Assembly: GCA_030430155.1 (NCBI GenBank) | Contig: JAUIFV010000004.1 | Location: forward strand, 172-64,171 | Source of the DNA: Gammaproteobacteria bacterium | Lineage (GTDB): Bacteria > Pseudomonadota > Gammaproteobacteria > Xanthomonadales > SZUA-5 | Direction of reading: 5' to 3' | Length of the DNA stretch: 64,000 nucleotides | Part shown: one piece after another, positions 1-8,739 of the stretch | How the letters are laid out: every line of letters starts with the position of its first letter | Position numbering within the stretch: the stretch's first letter is position 1 | Notes under the pieces: generated by a model | Database searches by the model: none | What the model saw: the letters and a program-made list of their open reading frames with translations, nothing else | Told to the model about the DNA's origin: nothing | Program-made: the position numbers and the translations under genes

Positions 1-66
1 GTAATCGCTTTGGCGGTTCGTGCCGTCCCTGTGCCATGCGAGCCTGAGGCTCGCCCTTCAGCTTGA

Positions 67-152
67 GTAGGATGTGGTGAGCGGAGCGAACCGCATCGAT
101 CGCGATACGGATACCACCATTGATGCGGTTCGCTCCGCTCACCACATCCTAC
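67..152. repeat. REP doublet (REPIN-like), family A
   Basis: GTAGGATGTGGTGAGCGGAGCGAACCGCATC and its exact reverse complement flank a short spacer; GTAG end typical of REPs. Confidence 0.85.
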
Positions 153-170
153 GGGGATCGGCTGTCTTGG

Positions 171-740
171 CTAGGGCGCGCCCTTCAACCACCCAAGCAG
201 CACCGAATCCTGGATCTCCCCGGCGACCCGGTAGCGTGCCCTGAGCAATCCTTCGCGCACGAAACCCAGCTTCTCCAGCAGGCGCAGCGAAGGCGCATTG
301 CGCGGATCCACATCGGCCTCCAGTCGCGCCAGGTTCAGGTCGTCGACGGCGTGCGCAATCAGCCTCCGCACCGCCTCGCCGGCATAGCCTTGACCCTGCC
401 AGGCGCTGCCCAGGGCGAATCCGATCTCGGCGCGGCGATGCTGCGCTTCCAGTCTATACAGCGTGCAGGTGCCGATGATTTGATCGCTGTGCTCCAGCGC
501 GATCCCCCACTGATACAGCTGGCGGTCGGCGTAGAGCTGCCAGATCTGCTCCAGCAGGGCCTGTGCGGCGTCCATCGAGGTCAGCGCCGGCGAACTCCAG
601 TAGCGCATCACCGCCGGGTCGGAGAACACCGTATACAGGGCATCCCGGTCGGACTGGCGCAGCCAGCGCAGGCACAGCCGCTGCGCTTGCAGGGTCGGCA
701 GCTGCGCCGACCCCGGGTAGGGATCGGCGGTTGTACTCAT
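171..740 (-). CDS. GNAT N-acetyltransferase, RimJ/RimL family
   Basis: EIGF...WQGQGYAGEA, N..SLRLLEKLGF.REG motifs; ATGA overlap with upstream permease. Confidence 0.85.
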   Translation of the reverse strand: MSTTADPYPGSAQLPTLQAQRLCLRWLRQSDRDALYTVFSDPAVMRYWSSPALTSMDAAQALLEQIWQLYADRQLYQWGIALEHSDQIIGTCTLYRLEAQHRRAEIGFALGSAWQGQGYAGEAVRRLIAHAVDDLNLARLEADVDPRNAPSLRLLEKLGFVREGLLRARYRVAGEIQDSVLLGWLKGAP

Positions 741-1900
741 GCGCCGCGCAGGGCTACGGTCACCGGCAGGCGAGCGGCGCGGATGGCCGGCAGCAATCCG
801 CCCAAAAAGCCGAGGATGAGGGCCATGATCAAACCCAGCAGCATCAAATCCGGGGTGACCTGGAATTCGAAGGCGACCTGGGTGAAGCCCTGGCCCAGGG
901 TCGAGGCGGTGTAGCCGTTGAACAGCAGCCAGCTGACCGCGGCACCAATCACCCCGCCGAGCAGGGCCAGGGCGACCGCCTCGGCGACTACCGATACCAC
1001 CACCGCCATGCTGCCAAAGCCGATCGCGCGCAGGGTGGCAATCTCGGTGGTGCGGGTAGAGACCGCCGCGTACATGGTGTTCAGCGCAGCAAACAGCGCG
1101 CCCAGTCCCATGATCACCCCGACCACGCCAGCGAGGATGCCAATCAATCGTTTGAACTGGCCGCTCTGGCCGCTGTAGTAGTCACGTTCACGCTTGACGT
1201 CGACGTTGACCCGCGGGTCTTCCTTCAGCGCCGAAGCGAAGGCGTCGAAACCGTCCGCCGATTCCAGCTGCACCAGCACCGAAGAAGTGCCGGTGCGGCC
1301 GAAGGCGGTTTGCGCGGTGGCCAGATCAGCCCACAGCTCGCTGTCGTGCGAATCGCCAGTCTCAAACACCCCTACGACCTCCCAGTCACCGCCTCTAAAG
1401 CGCATGTTGGAGCCGATGGAGACACCCTCGAAGGAGGCCAGCGCATCCTTGCCGACGATCACCTCCTGCAGCCCAGGTTCGAACTTGCGGCCGTCGACGA
1501 TGCGGAATTCCGGGCGGATATCGAAGCCCGTTTGCTCGACGGCGCGCAGGGTCACGTTGAAGGAACCGCCGCGCGCTTTGGAGGCAAACTCGGTGATCAC
1601 GATCATTTCCGCCGAACTGGTCAGCGTGCCGCTTTCGCCGCGAGTGTCCTTGATCGCCTGCACATTGTCCGAAGAGAGCCCGGAGTTGAGCTCGGCGCTG
1701 GAGCCGCCGCGCAATACGATGGCGCGGTCGTCGCGGCCGGTGTTGCCCAGGGTGGACTCAAAGCCCTTGGACATAGCCAGCAGCGCGGTGAGCACGCCGA
1801 CCACCCCGGCGATGCCGATGACGATGACCAGACTGGACCCCAAGCGCCCGCCCAGACTGCGCAGATTCAGCGCGGTGACCGCAAAAATTTGATTGAGCAT
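737..1900 (-). CDS. ABC transporter permease, MacB/FtsX family
   Basis: N-terminal TM, large periplasmic domain, RTTEIATLRAIGF motif, three C-terminal TMs ending PAIRAARL. Confidence 0.85.
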   Translation of the reverse strand: MLNQIFAVTALNLRSLGGRLGSSLVIVIGIAGVVGVLTALLAMSKGFESTLGNTGRDDRAIVLRGGSSAELNSGLSSDNVQAIKDTRGESGTLTSSAEMIVITEFASKARGGSFNVTLRAVEQTGFDIRPEFRIVDGRKFEPGLQEVIVGKDALASFEGVSIGSNMRFRGGDWEVVGVFETGDSHDSELWADLATAQTAFGRTGTSSVLVQLESADGFDAFASALKEDPRVNVDVKRERDYYSGQSGQFKRLIGILAGVVGVIMGLGALFAALNTMYAAVSTRTTEIATLRAIGFGSMAVVVSVVAEAVALALLGGVIGAAVSWLLFNGYTASTLGQGFTQVAFEFQVTPDLMLLGLIMALILGFLGGLLPAIRAARLPVTVALRGA

Positions 1901-1913
1901 CGCTTATCGCTCC

Positions 1914-3065
1914 TTATCGTCCGGCCAAGGCATCAACGATCTTCAGCCGCCGTGCCCGCCACGCCGGCGGCAGACCGACCAGCAGCGACAGAACGATCAC
2001 GCTGACCAGCGCGTAGGCCCAGACCTGAAGATTGACTACGCTGCCCGAGCCGCCGAGAAAACCCACCATTCCCATGCCCAGCACGGTGGCGACGGCCATA
2101 CCCAGCAGCGCGCCGATACCGATCAGCACAAATGATTCGGCCAGCACCAGCATCTGCACCGTGCCGTCGGTAAAGCCCAGGGTCTTCAGCACCGCCAACT
2201 GCGGGATGCGTTCACGCACCGACTGCGCCATCGTGTTGCCGGTGAGCAGCAGAATGGTGAAGAACACCGCGCCGAGGATGGAGCTGACGATCAGATTGAT
2301 GTCGCCCAGCTGGCGCACGAAATTCAGATTGAACTCCTGCTCGGACTGCGATTTGGTCTCGTCGGTGGAGTTCTGGAACATCTGATCGATTTCCTTGGAT
2401 ACCCGCTCGGCGTCCTTGGGATCGCCCAATCGGCTGACATAGATACCGGCGCCGCCCTTGCCGAACTGACGCTCCTCATCGAAGTAGTCGAAGTTCAGAT
2501 AGGCCAGCTGCGGCTGGGTGGCCGGATCGGAACTGTCAAAGATGCCGACCACGTCCAGCGCCCAGCTCATATTGCCGTCGGACTGCGGCCAGATATTCGA
2601 CGACAGCGGCACCTTGTCACCGACCTTCCAGTCGTACTGGTCAGCCAGCGTCTTGCCGACGATCATTCCGGTGCGGGTGTTGGCAAAGGCGTCCCACTGC
2701 TCGCTGGGCAACTCCCATTCGGTGATCACCTGGCGCAATCGCCGCGGATCCACGGCGAAAGCCACCATCTGCCGGTTTGGCTCCTGGTAGTACGCCCCGA
2801 ACCACTGCTGATACATCACCGCTTCGATGCCGTCGACCGCTTCGATCTGTGGCAGTAGACGCAACGGCAGTGCCGAAGTGAAGGACACCCGGGCCTGGGT
2901 GACGATGCGTGAGGCGCCCTCGATGGAGGTGCCGCGATTGAAGGCCACATTCACTGCCTGCAGCAGTCCGAACAGCAAAAAGGCCATCAGCAGCGAGAGC
3001 ATGGTCAGGATGGTGCGGGTCTTCTTCGCAAACAGCTGCGAGAGGACCAGACGGAAGTATTTCAT
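1914..3065 (-). CDS. ABC transporter permease, MacB/FtsX family
   Basis: Same 4-TM topology; ERIPQLAVLKTLGF and PAWRARRL motifs. Confidence 0.85.
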   Translation of the reverse strand: MKYFRLVLSQLFAKKTRTILTMLSLLMAFLLFGLLQAVNVAFNRGTSIEGASRIVTQARVSFTSALPLRLLPQIEAVDGIEAVMYQQWFGAYYQEPNRQMVAFAVDPRRLRQVITEWELPSEQWDAFANTRTGMIVGKTLADQYDWKVGDKVPLSSNIWPQSDGNMSWALDVVGIFDSSDPATQPQLAYLNFDYFDEERQFGKGGAGIYVSRLGDPKDAERVSKEIDQMFQNSTDETKSQSEQEFNLNFVRQLGDINLIVSSILGAVFFTILLLTGNTMAQSVRERIPQLAVLKTLGFTDGTVQMLVLAESFVLIGIGALLGMAVATVLGMGMVGFLGGSGSVVNLQVWAYALVSVIVLSLLVGLPPAWRARRLKIVDALAGR

Positions 3066-3075
3066 TGTGCACCTC

Positions 3076-3113
3076 CAGGGCTCAGGGCCCAGGGCTCAGG
3101 GCACAGGGCCCAG
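3076..3113. repeat. Heptamer tandem array (CAGGGCN)5
   Basis: cagggct cagggcc cagggct cagggca cagggcc cag read directly. Confidence 0.9.
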
Positions 3114-3147
3114 AAAAGCGGGTTCATGCGGGCGGAGGCAGGCATGC

Positions 3148-3837
3148 TCAGGCTCCCGGTTCGTCGACCAGCTGGCCCTTGTCCAGATGCAGGGTGCGCT
3201 TGGCGTACTCGGCGGCCTTGGGATCATGGGTGACCATGACGATGGTTTTGCCCAGCTCGGTGTTCAGCGTCTGCAGCAGGGAGAGGATCTCGTCGGCGGT
3301 CTTGCGGTCCAGATCGCCGGTGGGCTCGTCGCAGACCAGCAGGGTGGGATCGGCGACGATGGCGCGGGCGATGGCCACGCGCTGCTCCTGACCGCCGGAC
3401 AGCTCGTTGGGCTTGTGGCCGGCGCGATCGGCCAGACCGACCAGCTTCAGCGCCACTTCCACTCGGCGTTTGCGATCGCCGGCCGACAGCGCGGTCAGCA
3501 GCAGCGGCAGTTCCACATTGCGCGCTGCGGTCAATACCGGCATCAGGTTGTAGAACTGGAACACGAAGCCCACGTGCTCGGCGCGCCAGGCGGCCAAGGC
3601 CTTGCTGGAGAGCTGGTCGATGCGCTTGTCGCCGATCCGAATCTCGCCGCTGCTGGGGTTGTCCAGCCCGCCGATCAGATTGAGCAGGGTGGTCTTGCCC
3701 GAACCCGAGGGGCCCATCAGGGCGACGAAATCACCTTTGGGGATGTCCAGGTCCAGCTGCTGCAGCACCTCGATCTTTTCCGGTCCGCGGGTGTAGGTCT
3801 TGGAAAGCGCGCGGCACTGAATCAACGTCTCGCTCAT
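3148..3837 (-). CDS. ABC transporter ATP-binding protein, LolD/MacB-like
   Basis: Walker A GPSGSGKT, LSGGQEQR signature, DEPTGDLD, VTHD. Confidence 0.92.
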   Translation of the reverse strand: MSETLIQCRALSKTYTRGPEKIEVLQQLDLDIPKGDFVALMGPSGSGKTTLLNLIGGLDNPSSGEIRIGDKRIDQLSSKALAAWRAEHVGFVFQFYNLMPVLTAARNVELPLLLTALSAGDRKRRVEVALKLVGLADRAGHKPNELSGGQEQRVAIARAIVADPTLLVCDEPTGDLDRKTADEILSLLQTLNTELGKTIVMVTHDPKAAEYAKRTLHLDKGQLVDEPGA

Positions 3838-3902
3838 GGCGGCCCTTCGTTTGCTGATGGCTACAGGTTGCCAATGATACGCAGGGCAGGTGACGGCTTT
3901 GA

Positions 3903-3918
3903 GGTGCCAACTGTCACC
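3903..3918 (-). promoter_or_regulatory. Putative NarL/LuxR-family operator GGTGAC-N4-GGCACC
   Basis: Minus strand reads GGTGACAGTTGGCACC, ~65 bp upstream of the ABC ATPase; same pattern as sites at 52675 and 52698. Confidence 0.5.
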
Positions 3919-3956
3919 TAGCGGGCCTGACGGGTCGGGAAGGGCCTCGTTGGAGA

Positions 3957-4093
3957 AGGGCCCAGGGCCCAGGGCCCAGGAGATCGAGCGCGGCGGGGGA
4001 TCCGGCTTTTGGTCGGCTCACGGGAATCGCGGCCTGCGAAAGCGCAGCATGCCCGACGCTCTTCTGGGCCCTGAGCCCTAAACCCTGGGCCCT
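3957..4093. repeat. Inverted pair of heptamer arrays
   Basis: (AGGGCCC)3 at 3957-3979 faces complementary (CTGGGCC-like)4 at 4064-4093. Confidence 0.8.
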
Positions 4094-4102
4094 CGACCTT
4101 CG

Positions 4103-4741
4103 CTATCCAAGGTGGTGTAGATCCTCCGAACTGTCGATATCCACCGCCAGCATGTCATTGCGCACGCAAACCAGATCGGGCTCGGCGCGCAGCCATTCGC
4201 GTGCGCCCTGATCGCCGTCCAATGTGCGCAGACGATCTCGCCAGCTGCATGGCAGCAGCGCTGGAATACCGACCGCCCCAGCGTAGGCCGAGGCTACCGG
4301 CCGTTCCGGCTGCTGGCGCCAAAGGCTGACCAGCGCCTGCAGATGCGCCGCATCCAGGTAGGGCAGGTCCACGCTCAATACCAGATAGCCCTTGAGATGG
4401 TCAGCCACGGCCCGCGCCGCAGCGCGCAGTGAAACCCCCATGCCGCCCGGCGGGGCCTGCACCAGCTGGGGTTCGAGCTTCAGGCCGGTGGGAAGCGGCC
4501 GCTGGTCGCCCCTGGCGCGCACCAGCAGCAGCTGTTCGGGTCCGGTCTCGGCGGCCAGCCGCAGCGCCCGCCGCTCCAAATCCTCGCCGTCCAGCAGCAG
4601 CGCCTGCTTGGGCTGCCCCAGCCGAGCAGAAAGACCCGCGGCAAGCACAATCGCCGCATGTGGCGATGAATTCCCCTGGGCCCTGGGCCCTGAGCCCTGT
4701 GCCCTCTTTCGATCAATCCCCATCTCGCCAACCCGACCCAT
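4103..4741 (-). CDS. Nucleotidyltransferase, MocA-like (Moco cytidylyltransferase)
   Basis: IVLAAGLSARLGQPKQ, D-LP, GDQGAR, DIDS motifs; start placed at TGATG overlap with the xdhC stop. Confidence 0.8.
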   Translation of the reverse strand: MGRVGEMGIDRKRAQGSGPRAQGNSSPHAAIVLAAGLSARLGQPKQALLLDGEDLERRALRLAAETGPEQLLLVRARGDQRPLPTGLKLEPQLVQAPPGGMGVSLRAAARAVADHLKGYLVLSVDLPYLDAAHLQALVSLWRQQPERPVASAYAGAVGIPALLPCSWRDRLRTLDGDQGAREWLRAEPDLVCVRNDMLAVDIDSSEDLHHLG

Positions 4742-5748
4742 CAACTGCGCCAACAAAACGCCTGATGCAACCCCGCGCTGATCGACATCGCCAGCGCCTC
4801 GGGTCCGTCGCCGCCCAGATTCAGGCCCACCGGGGCGTGCAATCGATCATGCAGCGCATCGGCCAGTGGCCCGAGGTCACCGAGCAGCGCTTCGCGGCGC
4901 AGTTTCGGACCGAGCAGGCCGATCCAAGGCACCGGGCTGACCGCGAGCAGGCGCAGCGCGGCGAGATCTTCGGCGTATAGATGACTCATGCAGATCACCG
5001 CGTCGAACTCGCTCAGCTGGACCTGGGGCGGACCCTGGCCGGGGCGCGCCTCGATGACCTGGTCGGCCTGATCCAGACGGGAGCCGAGGAAGCGCCCGCG
5101 GTGCTCGACGACGACGCTGTGCCAGCCCAAGGTGGCGGCGATGCGCAGCAGCGGCGGTACTTCCGGTCCGCCGCCCAGCAGCAGCACTCGCGGTGACGGC
5201 GGCAGGCGCAGCCGTACCGTCTTGCCGCCGGGATCGAAGTCGCCGTCGGCGCTGCCGGTCCAACGCTGGGACTGGCCGCTATAGCGTGCCGTCCCCGCGC
5301 CCAATCCGGGTTCATTGAGCTGCAGCTGCAGTTCGATGGTCGCGTGCAGCGCATCGGCCTGGCACAGCGCCTCGAGCAGCGGATGCGGGTGCGCCGAACG
5401 ACTCGGCCAGAGCAGGATCTCAATCTGGCCGCGGCATCCGGACTGCGAGCCAAACAGCAGATCGTCATCATCGGTGGTGTCCAGCAGCAGTCGGCGTGGC
5501 CGGCGCTGGGACAGGCAGCCGCGCGCCTGTTCAGCGATCTCGGCGTCCAGACAGCCGCCGCTGAGGCTGCCCGAGAGGCCGCCTTGGGCGTCAAACAGCG
5601 CCATTGCGCCGGGCTTGCGATAGGACGAACCCAGACTGTCCACCGCCATCGCCAGCACGCAGTCGTCGCCGCATTGCGTCCAGGCGGCGAGCAGTGCGCG
5701 GCGATGGGACTGGCTGGGCGCGGTTCGGATCAAGGCGGCGGGTTCCAC
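4741..5748 (-). CDS. xdhC: XdhC/CoxI family molybdoenzyme maturation factor
   Basis: GSSYRKPGAM, GSLSGGCLD, GCRGQI, IGLLGP, APVGLNLGGDGPEALA motifs. Confidence 0.88.
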   Translation of the reverse strand: MEPAALIRTAPSQSHRRALLAAWTQCGDDCVLAMAVDSLGSSYRKPGAMALFDAQGGLSGSLSGGCLDAEIAEQARGCLSQRRPRRLLLDTTDDDDLLFGSQSGCRGQIEILLWPSRSAHPHPLLEALCQADALHATIELQLQLNEPGLGAGTARYSGQSQRWTGSADGDFDPGGKTVRLRLPPSPRVLLLGGGPEVPPLLRIAATLGWHSVVVEHRGRFLGSRLDQADQVIEARPGQGPPQVQLSEFDAVICMSHLYAEDLAALRLLAVSPVPWIGLLGPKLRREALLGDLGPLADALHDRLHAPVGLNLGGDGPEALAMSISAGLHQAFCWRS

Positions 5749-5896
5749 TGACGATCACACATTGTCGCCGTGCCGGGGCTGCGATCTCATGGGCCAAACG
5801 GCCCAGGCTATGCTGATTCGGGGAAACTGCCTCGCGCATGCTGAGCTTCGTGCAAGCGTTGAGCATCGAAGGAATCCCGCCGATGGCCGTGCATCC

Positions 5897-5993
5897 GTAG
5901 GGTGGGCAAAGCGAAGCGTGCCCGCCATCGATACCTTGGCGAAGGCGAATTCAGCCCAAGAGCGTCGTGCACGCTGCGCTTTGCACGACCTAC
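5897..5993. repeat. REP doublet, family B
   Basis: GTAGGGTGGGCAAAGCGAAGCGTGCCCG with an imperfect inverted copy ending CCTAC. Confidence 0.8.
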
Positions 5994-6058
5994 GAAGGCG
6001 TCAAACCCATGGCGCGCGGCGCGCTTTGCTTTTTCCCTCTTGCCCAGCCAGCCGCGCA

Positions 6059-6778
6059 TCAACTGCTCGGCGCCGCGTAGAGGCCGCGTTCGGCCAGCGA
6101 CACCGGTTCGCCGTCGCCAACCACGAAGTGATCCAGCAGGCGCACATCGATCAGCGCCAGCGCCTGACCCAGTCGCCGGGTCAGGGCCACATCCTGGCGG
6201 CTGGGTTCGGCAACGCCGGACGGATGGTTGTGGGCGACGATCAGCGCCGCAGCGTGCAGCTGCAGGGCGCGCCTGGCGACCTCGCGCGGGTGCACCGTGG
6301 CCCCGTCGATGGTGCCGCGGAAGAGCTCTTCGCAGGCGATCACCCGATGCCGGGTGTCCAGAAACAGTGCGACGAAGACCTCGTGGCCGAGGCCGCGCAG
6401 GCGCCGCTGCAGGCAGCGCGCGGCGCTGGCCGGATCGGTGAGCTCGGCGCCGCGTTCCAGGACGCTGGCGTCAATCCGTCGACCCAGCTCGACCGCGGCG
6501 AGCAACAGCGCACTCTTGGCCGGGCCGATGCCGCGCTCGGCGCAGATCTGATTGGGGTCGGCGCTGGCCAGGGCACGCAGGCTGCCGAGCCGCTCTAGCA
6601 GCGCACGGGCCACGCTCAGCGCGTCACGGCCGCGTTCGCCGCTGCCCAGGAACAGGGCGATCAGCTCGGCGTCGCCCAGCACGCCCGGGCCCTGCCGCAG
6701 CAATCGTTCGCGCGGGCGGTCGGCGACCGCCCACTGATGAATGGGGCGGTGCGCAGCCAACGGCGTCGTGTCGGACAT
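6059..6778 (-). CDS. radC: RadC family protein (JAB domain)
   Basis: RPRERL, HPREV, AHNHPSG..EPSRQD, LLDHFVVG; divergent from coaBC as usual. Confidence 0.93.
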   Translation of the reverse strand: MSDTTPLAAHRPIHQWAVADRPRERLLRQGPGVLGDAELIALFLGSGERGRDALSVARALLERLGSLRALASADPNQICAERGIGPAKSALLLAAVELGRRIDASVLERGAELTDPASAARCLQRRLRGLGHEVFVALFLDTRHRVIACEELFRGTIDGATVHPREVARRALQLHAAALIVAHNHPSGVAEPSRQDVALTRRLGQALALIDVRLLDHFVVGDGEPVSLAERGLYAAPSS

Positions 6779-6898
6779 GGCGGTGGCGGTTCCTGAATGG
6801 GGTAGGTCAAAGCTACCGCGCCAGCCGGCGTCGCGCTGTCAGCAAAATGCGCGCTGTCTTGTAAGATTCTTGCTCGCATTGGTGTAGGAATTTTCCTC

Positions 6899-8122
6899 TT
6901 GACCGAGCTCAGTCCTTCCCTGAGCGGCATGCGCCTGCTGCTTGGGGTCAGCGGCGGCATTGCCGCCTACAAGAGCGCCGAGTTGGTGCGTCGCGCGCGT
7001 CAGGCCGGCGCCGAGGTGCGCGTCGTCATGACTGCTGCCGCCGAGCACTTTGTCGGCAGTGCCACTTTCCAGGCGCTTTCCGGCAATCCGGTGCGCAGCG
7101 CGCTGTGGGATCCGGCTGCCGAAGCGGCGATGGGTCACATCGAACTGGCGCGCTGGGCGACCCAGGTGCTGGTGGCGCCGGCCAGCGCCGATTTTCTGGC
7201 TCGCTACGCCGCCGGCATGGCCGACGATCTGCTGACCACCGTGCTGCTGGCCAGCGCCGCGCCGGTGGCAGTGGCGCCGGCGATGAATCAGCAGATGTGG
7301 GCCCATCCGGCCACTGCCGGCAATCTGCAGCGGCTGCGCCAGCGTGGGGTCAGCGTGCTCGGCCCGGCTGCCGGGGAGCAAGCCTGCGGCGATGTCGGGT
7401 TGGGGCGGATGCTGGAGCCCGAGGAACTGGTCGATGCGCTGATCGCGCAGCAGGCGGGCGATCGGTTGCGCGGCCTGCGCATCGTGGTCAGCGCCGGCCC
7501 CACCTTCGAAGACCTCGATCCAGTGCGCTTTATCGGCAATCGCAGTTCGGGGCGGATGGGCTTTGCGATTGCCGAGCAGGCGGCGCTGATGGGGGCGCAG
7601 ACAGTGCTGGTTGCCGGGCCGACGGCGCTGCCCACGCCGCCTGGTGTGCAGCGCCTCAACGTGCGTTCGGCCGAAGAGATGCTGCGCGCGGTGCTCGATC
7701 AGATTGACGCAGCCGATGTCTACGTCGGTGCCGCTGCGGTGGCCGACTATCGGCCGGTTGCGCCCCGATCGAACAAGATCAAGAAGGCCGCCGAGGCCAT
7801 CGAGCTGAAGCTGATCCGCAATCCCGACATCCTGGCCACCATTGCCGAGCGCGAACAGCGCCCCTTTCTGGTCGGTTTCGCCGCCGAAACCGAAGACGTG
7901 CTGCGCTACGCGCGGGGCAAGCTGGAGGCCAAGAAGCTGGATCTGATTGCCGCCAATCAGGTCGGCCTACCGGGCAGCGGCTTTGACAGCAGTGACAACG
8001 AAATCACTCTGATCTGGGCCGACGGCGAAATGGCCCTGCCGCGGGCCAGCAAGCGCGAGCTGGCCAGAGCGCTGCTGGAGCAGGTTGCCGAGCGCATGCC
8101 GACGAGGGACAACAATGACTGA
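6899..8122 (+). CDS. coaBC: Bifunctional phosphopantothenoylcysteine decarboxylase/ligase
   Basis: [47 protein letters not shown]. Confidence 0.95.
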   Translation: MTELSPSLSGMRLLLGVSGGIAAYKSAELVRRARQAGAEVRVVMTAAAEHFVGSATFQALSGNPVRSALWDPAAEAAMGHIELARWATQVLVAPASADFLARYAAGMADDLLTTVLLASAAPVAVAPAMNQQMWAHPATAGNLQRLRQRGVSVLGPAAGEQACGDVGLGRMLEPEELVDALIAQQAGDRLRGLRIVVSAGPTFEDLDPVRFIGNRSSGRMGFAIAEQAALMGAQTVLVAGPTALPTPPGVQRLNVRSAEEMLRAVLDQIDAADVYVGAAAVADYRPVAPRSNKIKKAAEAIELKLIRNPDILATIAEREQRPFLVGFAAETEDVLRYARGKLEAKKLDLIAANQVGLPGSGFDSSDNEITLIWADGEMALPRASKRELARALLEQVAERMPTRDNND

Positions 8123-8579
8123 GCGTACGCCGGTACAGGTGAAAATACTCGACCCGCGATTGGGCTCGCAGTTCGCGCTGCCCGACTATGCCACCGAAGG
8201 CTCGGCCGGACTGGATCTGCGCGCCTGCATCGACCAACCGCTGCAGCTGCAGCCCGGCCAGACCGAGCTGATTTCCACCGGGATGGCGATCCATCTGCAG
8301 CGCAGCGATCTGGCCGCAATGATCCTGCCGCGCTCAGGGCTCGGCAGCAAACACGGTGTGGTGCTGGGCAACCTGGTCGGCCTTATCGATTCGGATTATC
8401 AGGGCCCGCTGATGGTGGCCTGCTGGAACCGCTCGGCAAAGCCCTACACTATCGAGGTCGGAGAACGCATCGCTCAGCTGGTCATTGTGCCGGTACTGCA
8501 GGCGCAGTGGCAGGTCGTCGACGAGTTTGTCGCCAGCGAGCGCGGCTCCGGCGGCTTCGGCCACAGTGGCCAAGCTTAG
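8115..8579 (+). CDS. dut: dUTP diphosphatase
   Basis: [34 protein letters not shown]; start at ATG 8115 after GAGGG. Confidence 0.96.
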   Translation: MTERTPVQVKILDPRLGSQFALPDYATEGSAGLDLRACIDQPLQLQPGQTELISTGMAIHLQRSDLAAMILPRSGLGSKHGVVLGNLVGLIDSDYQGPLMVACWNRSAKPYTIEVGERIAQLVIVPVLQAQWQVVDEFVASERGSGGFGHSGQA

Positions 8580-8739
8580 CCCTGCCACATCATGCTTGGG
8601 AAACCCTTGCGACGAACCAGCATGAGCAACGCGGGCTGGCACGGCTGGGCCCTGAACCGCAGCGCAGGTTACACTGCGCGTGCCTTGGGCGCTGAGTCGG
8701 GTCCTGGGGCTGAAGCAACTTAAAGCGCACGAGCAAGCT

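Noticed and set aside
1-37. Possible start of a minus-strand gene at the window edge
   Set aside because: Only 12 codons visible; cannot be supported
6059-6778. RadC as marker of a mobile or anti-defence island
   Set aside because: Full-length copy in the usual radC/coaBC/dut housekeeping position
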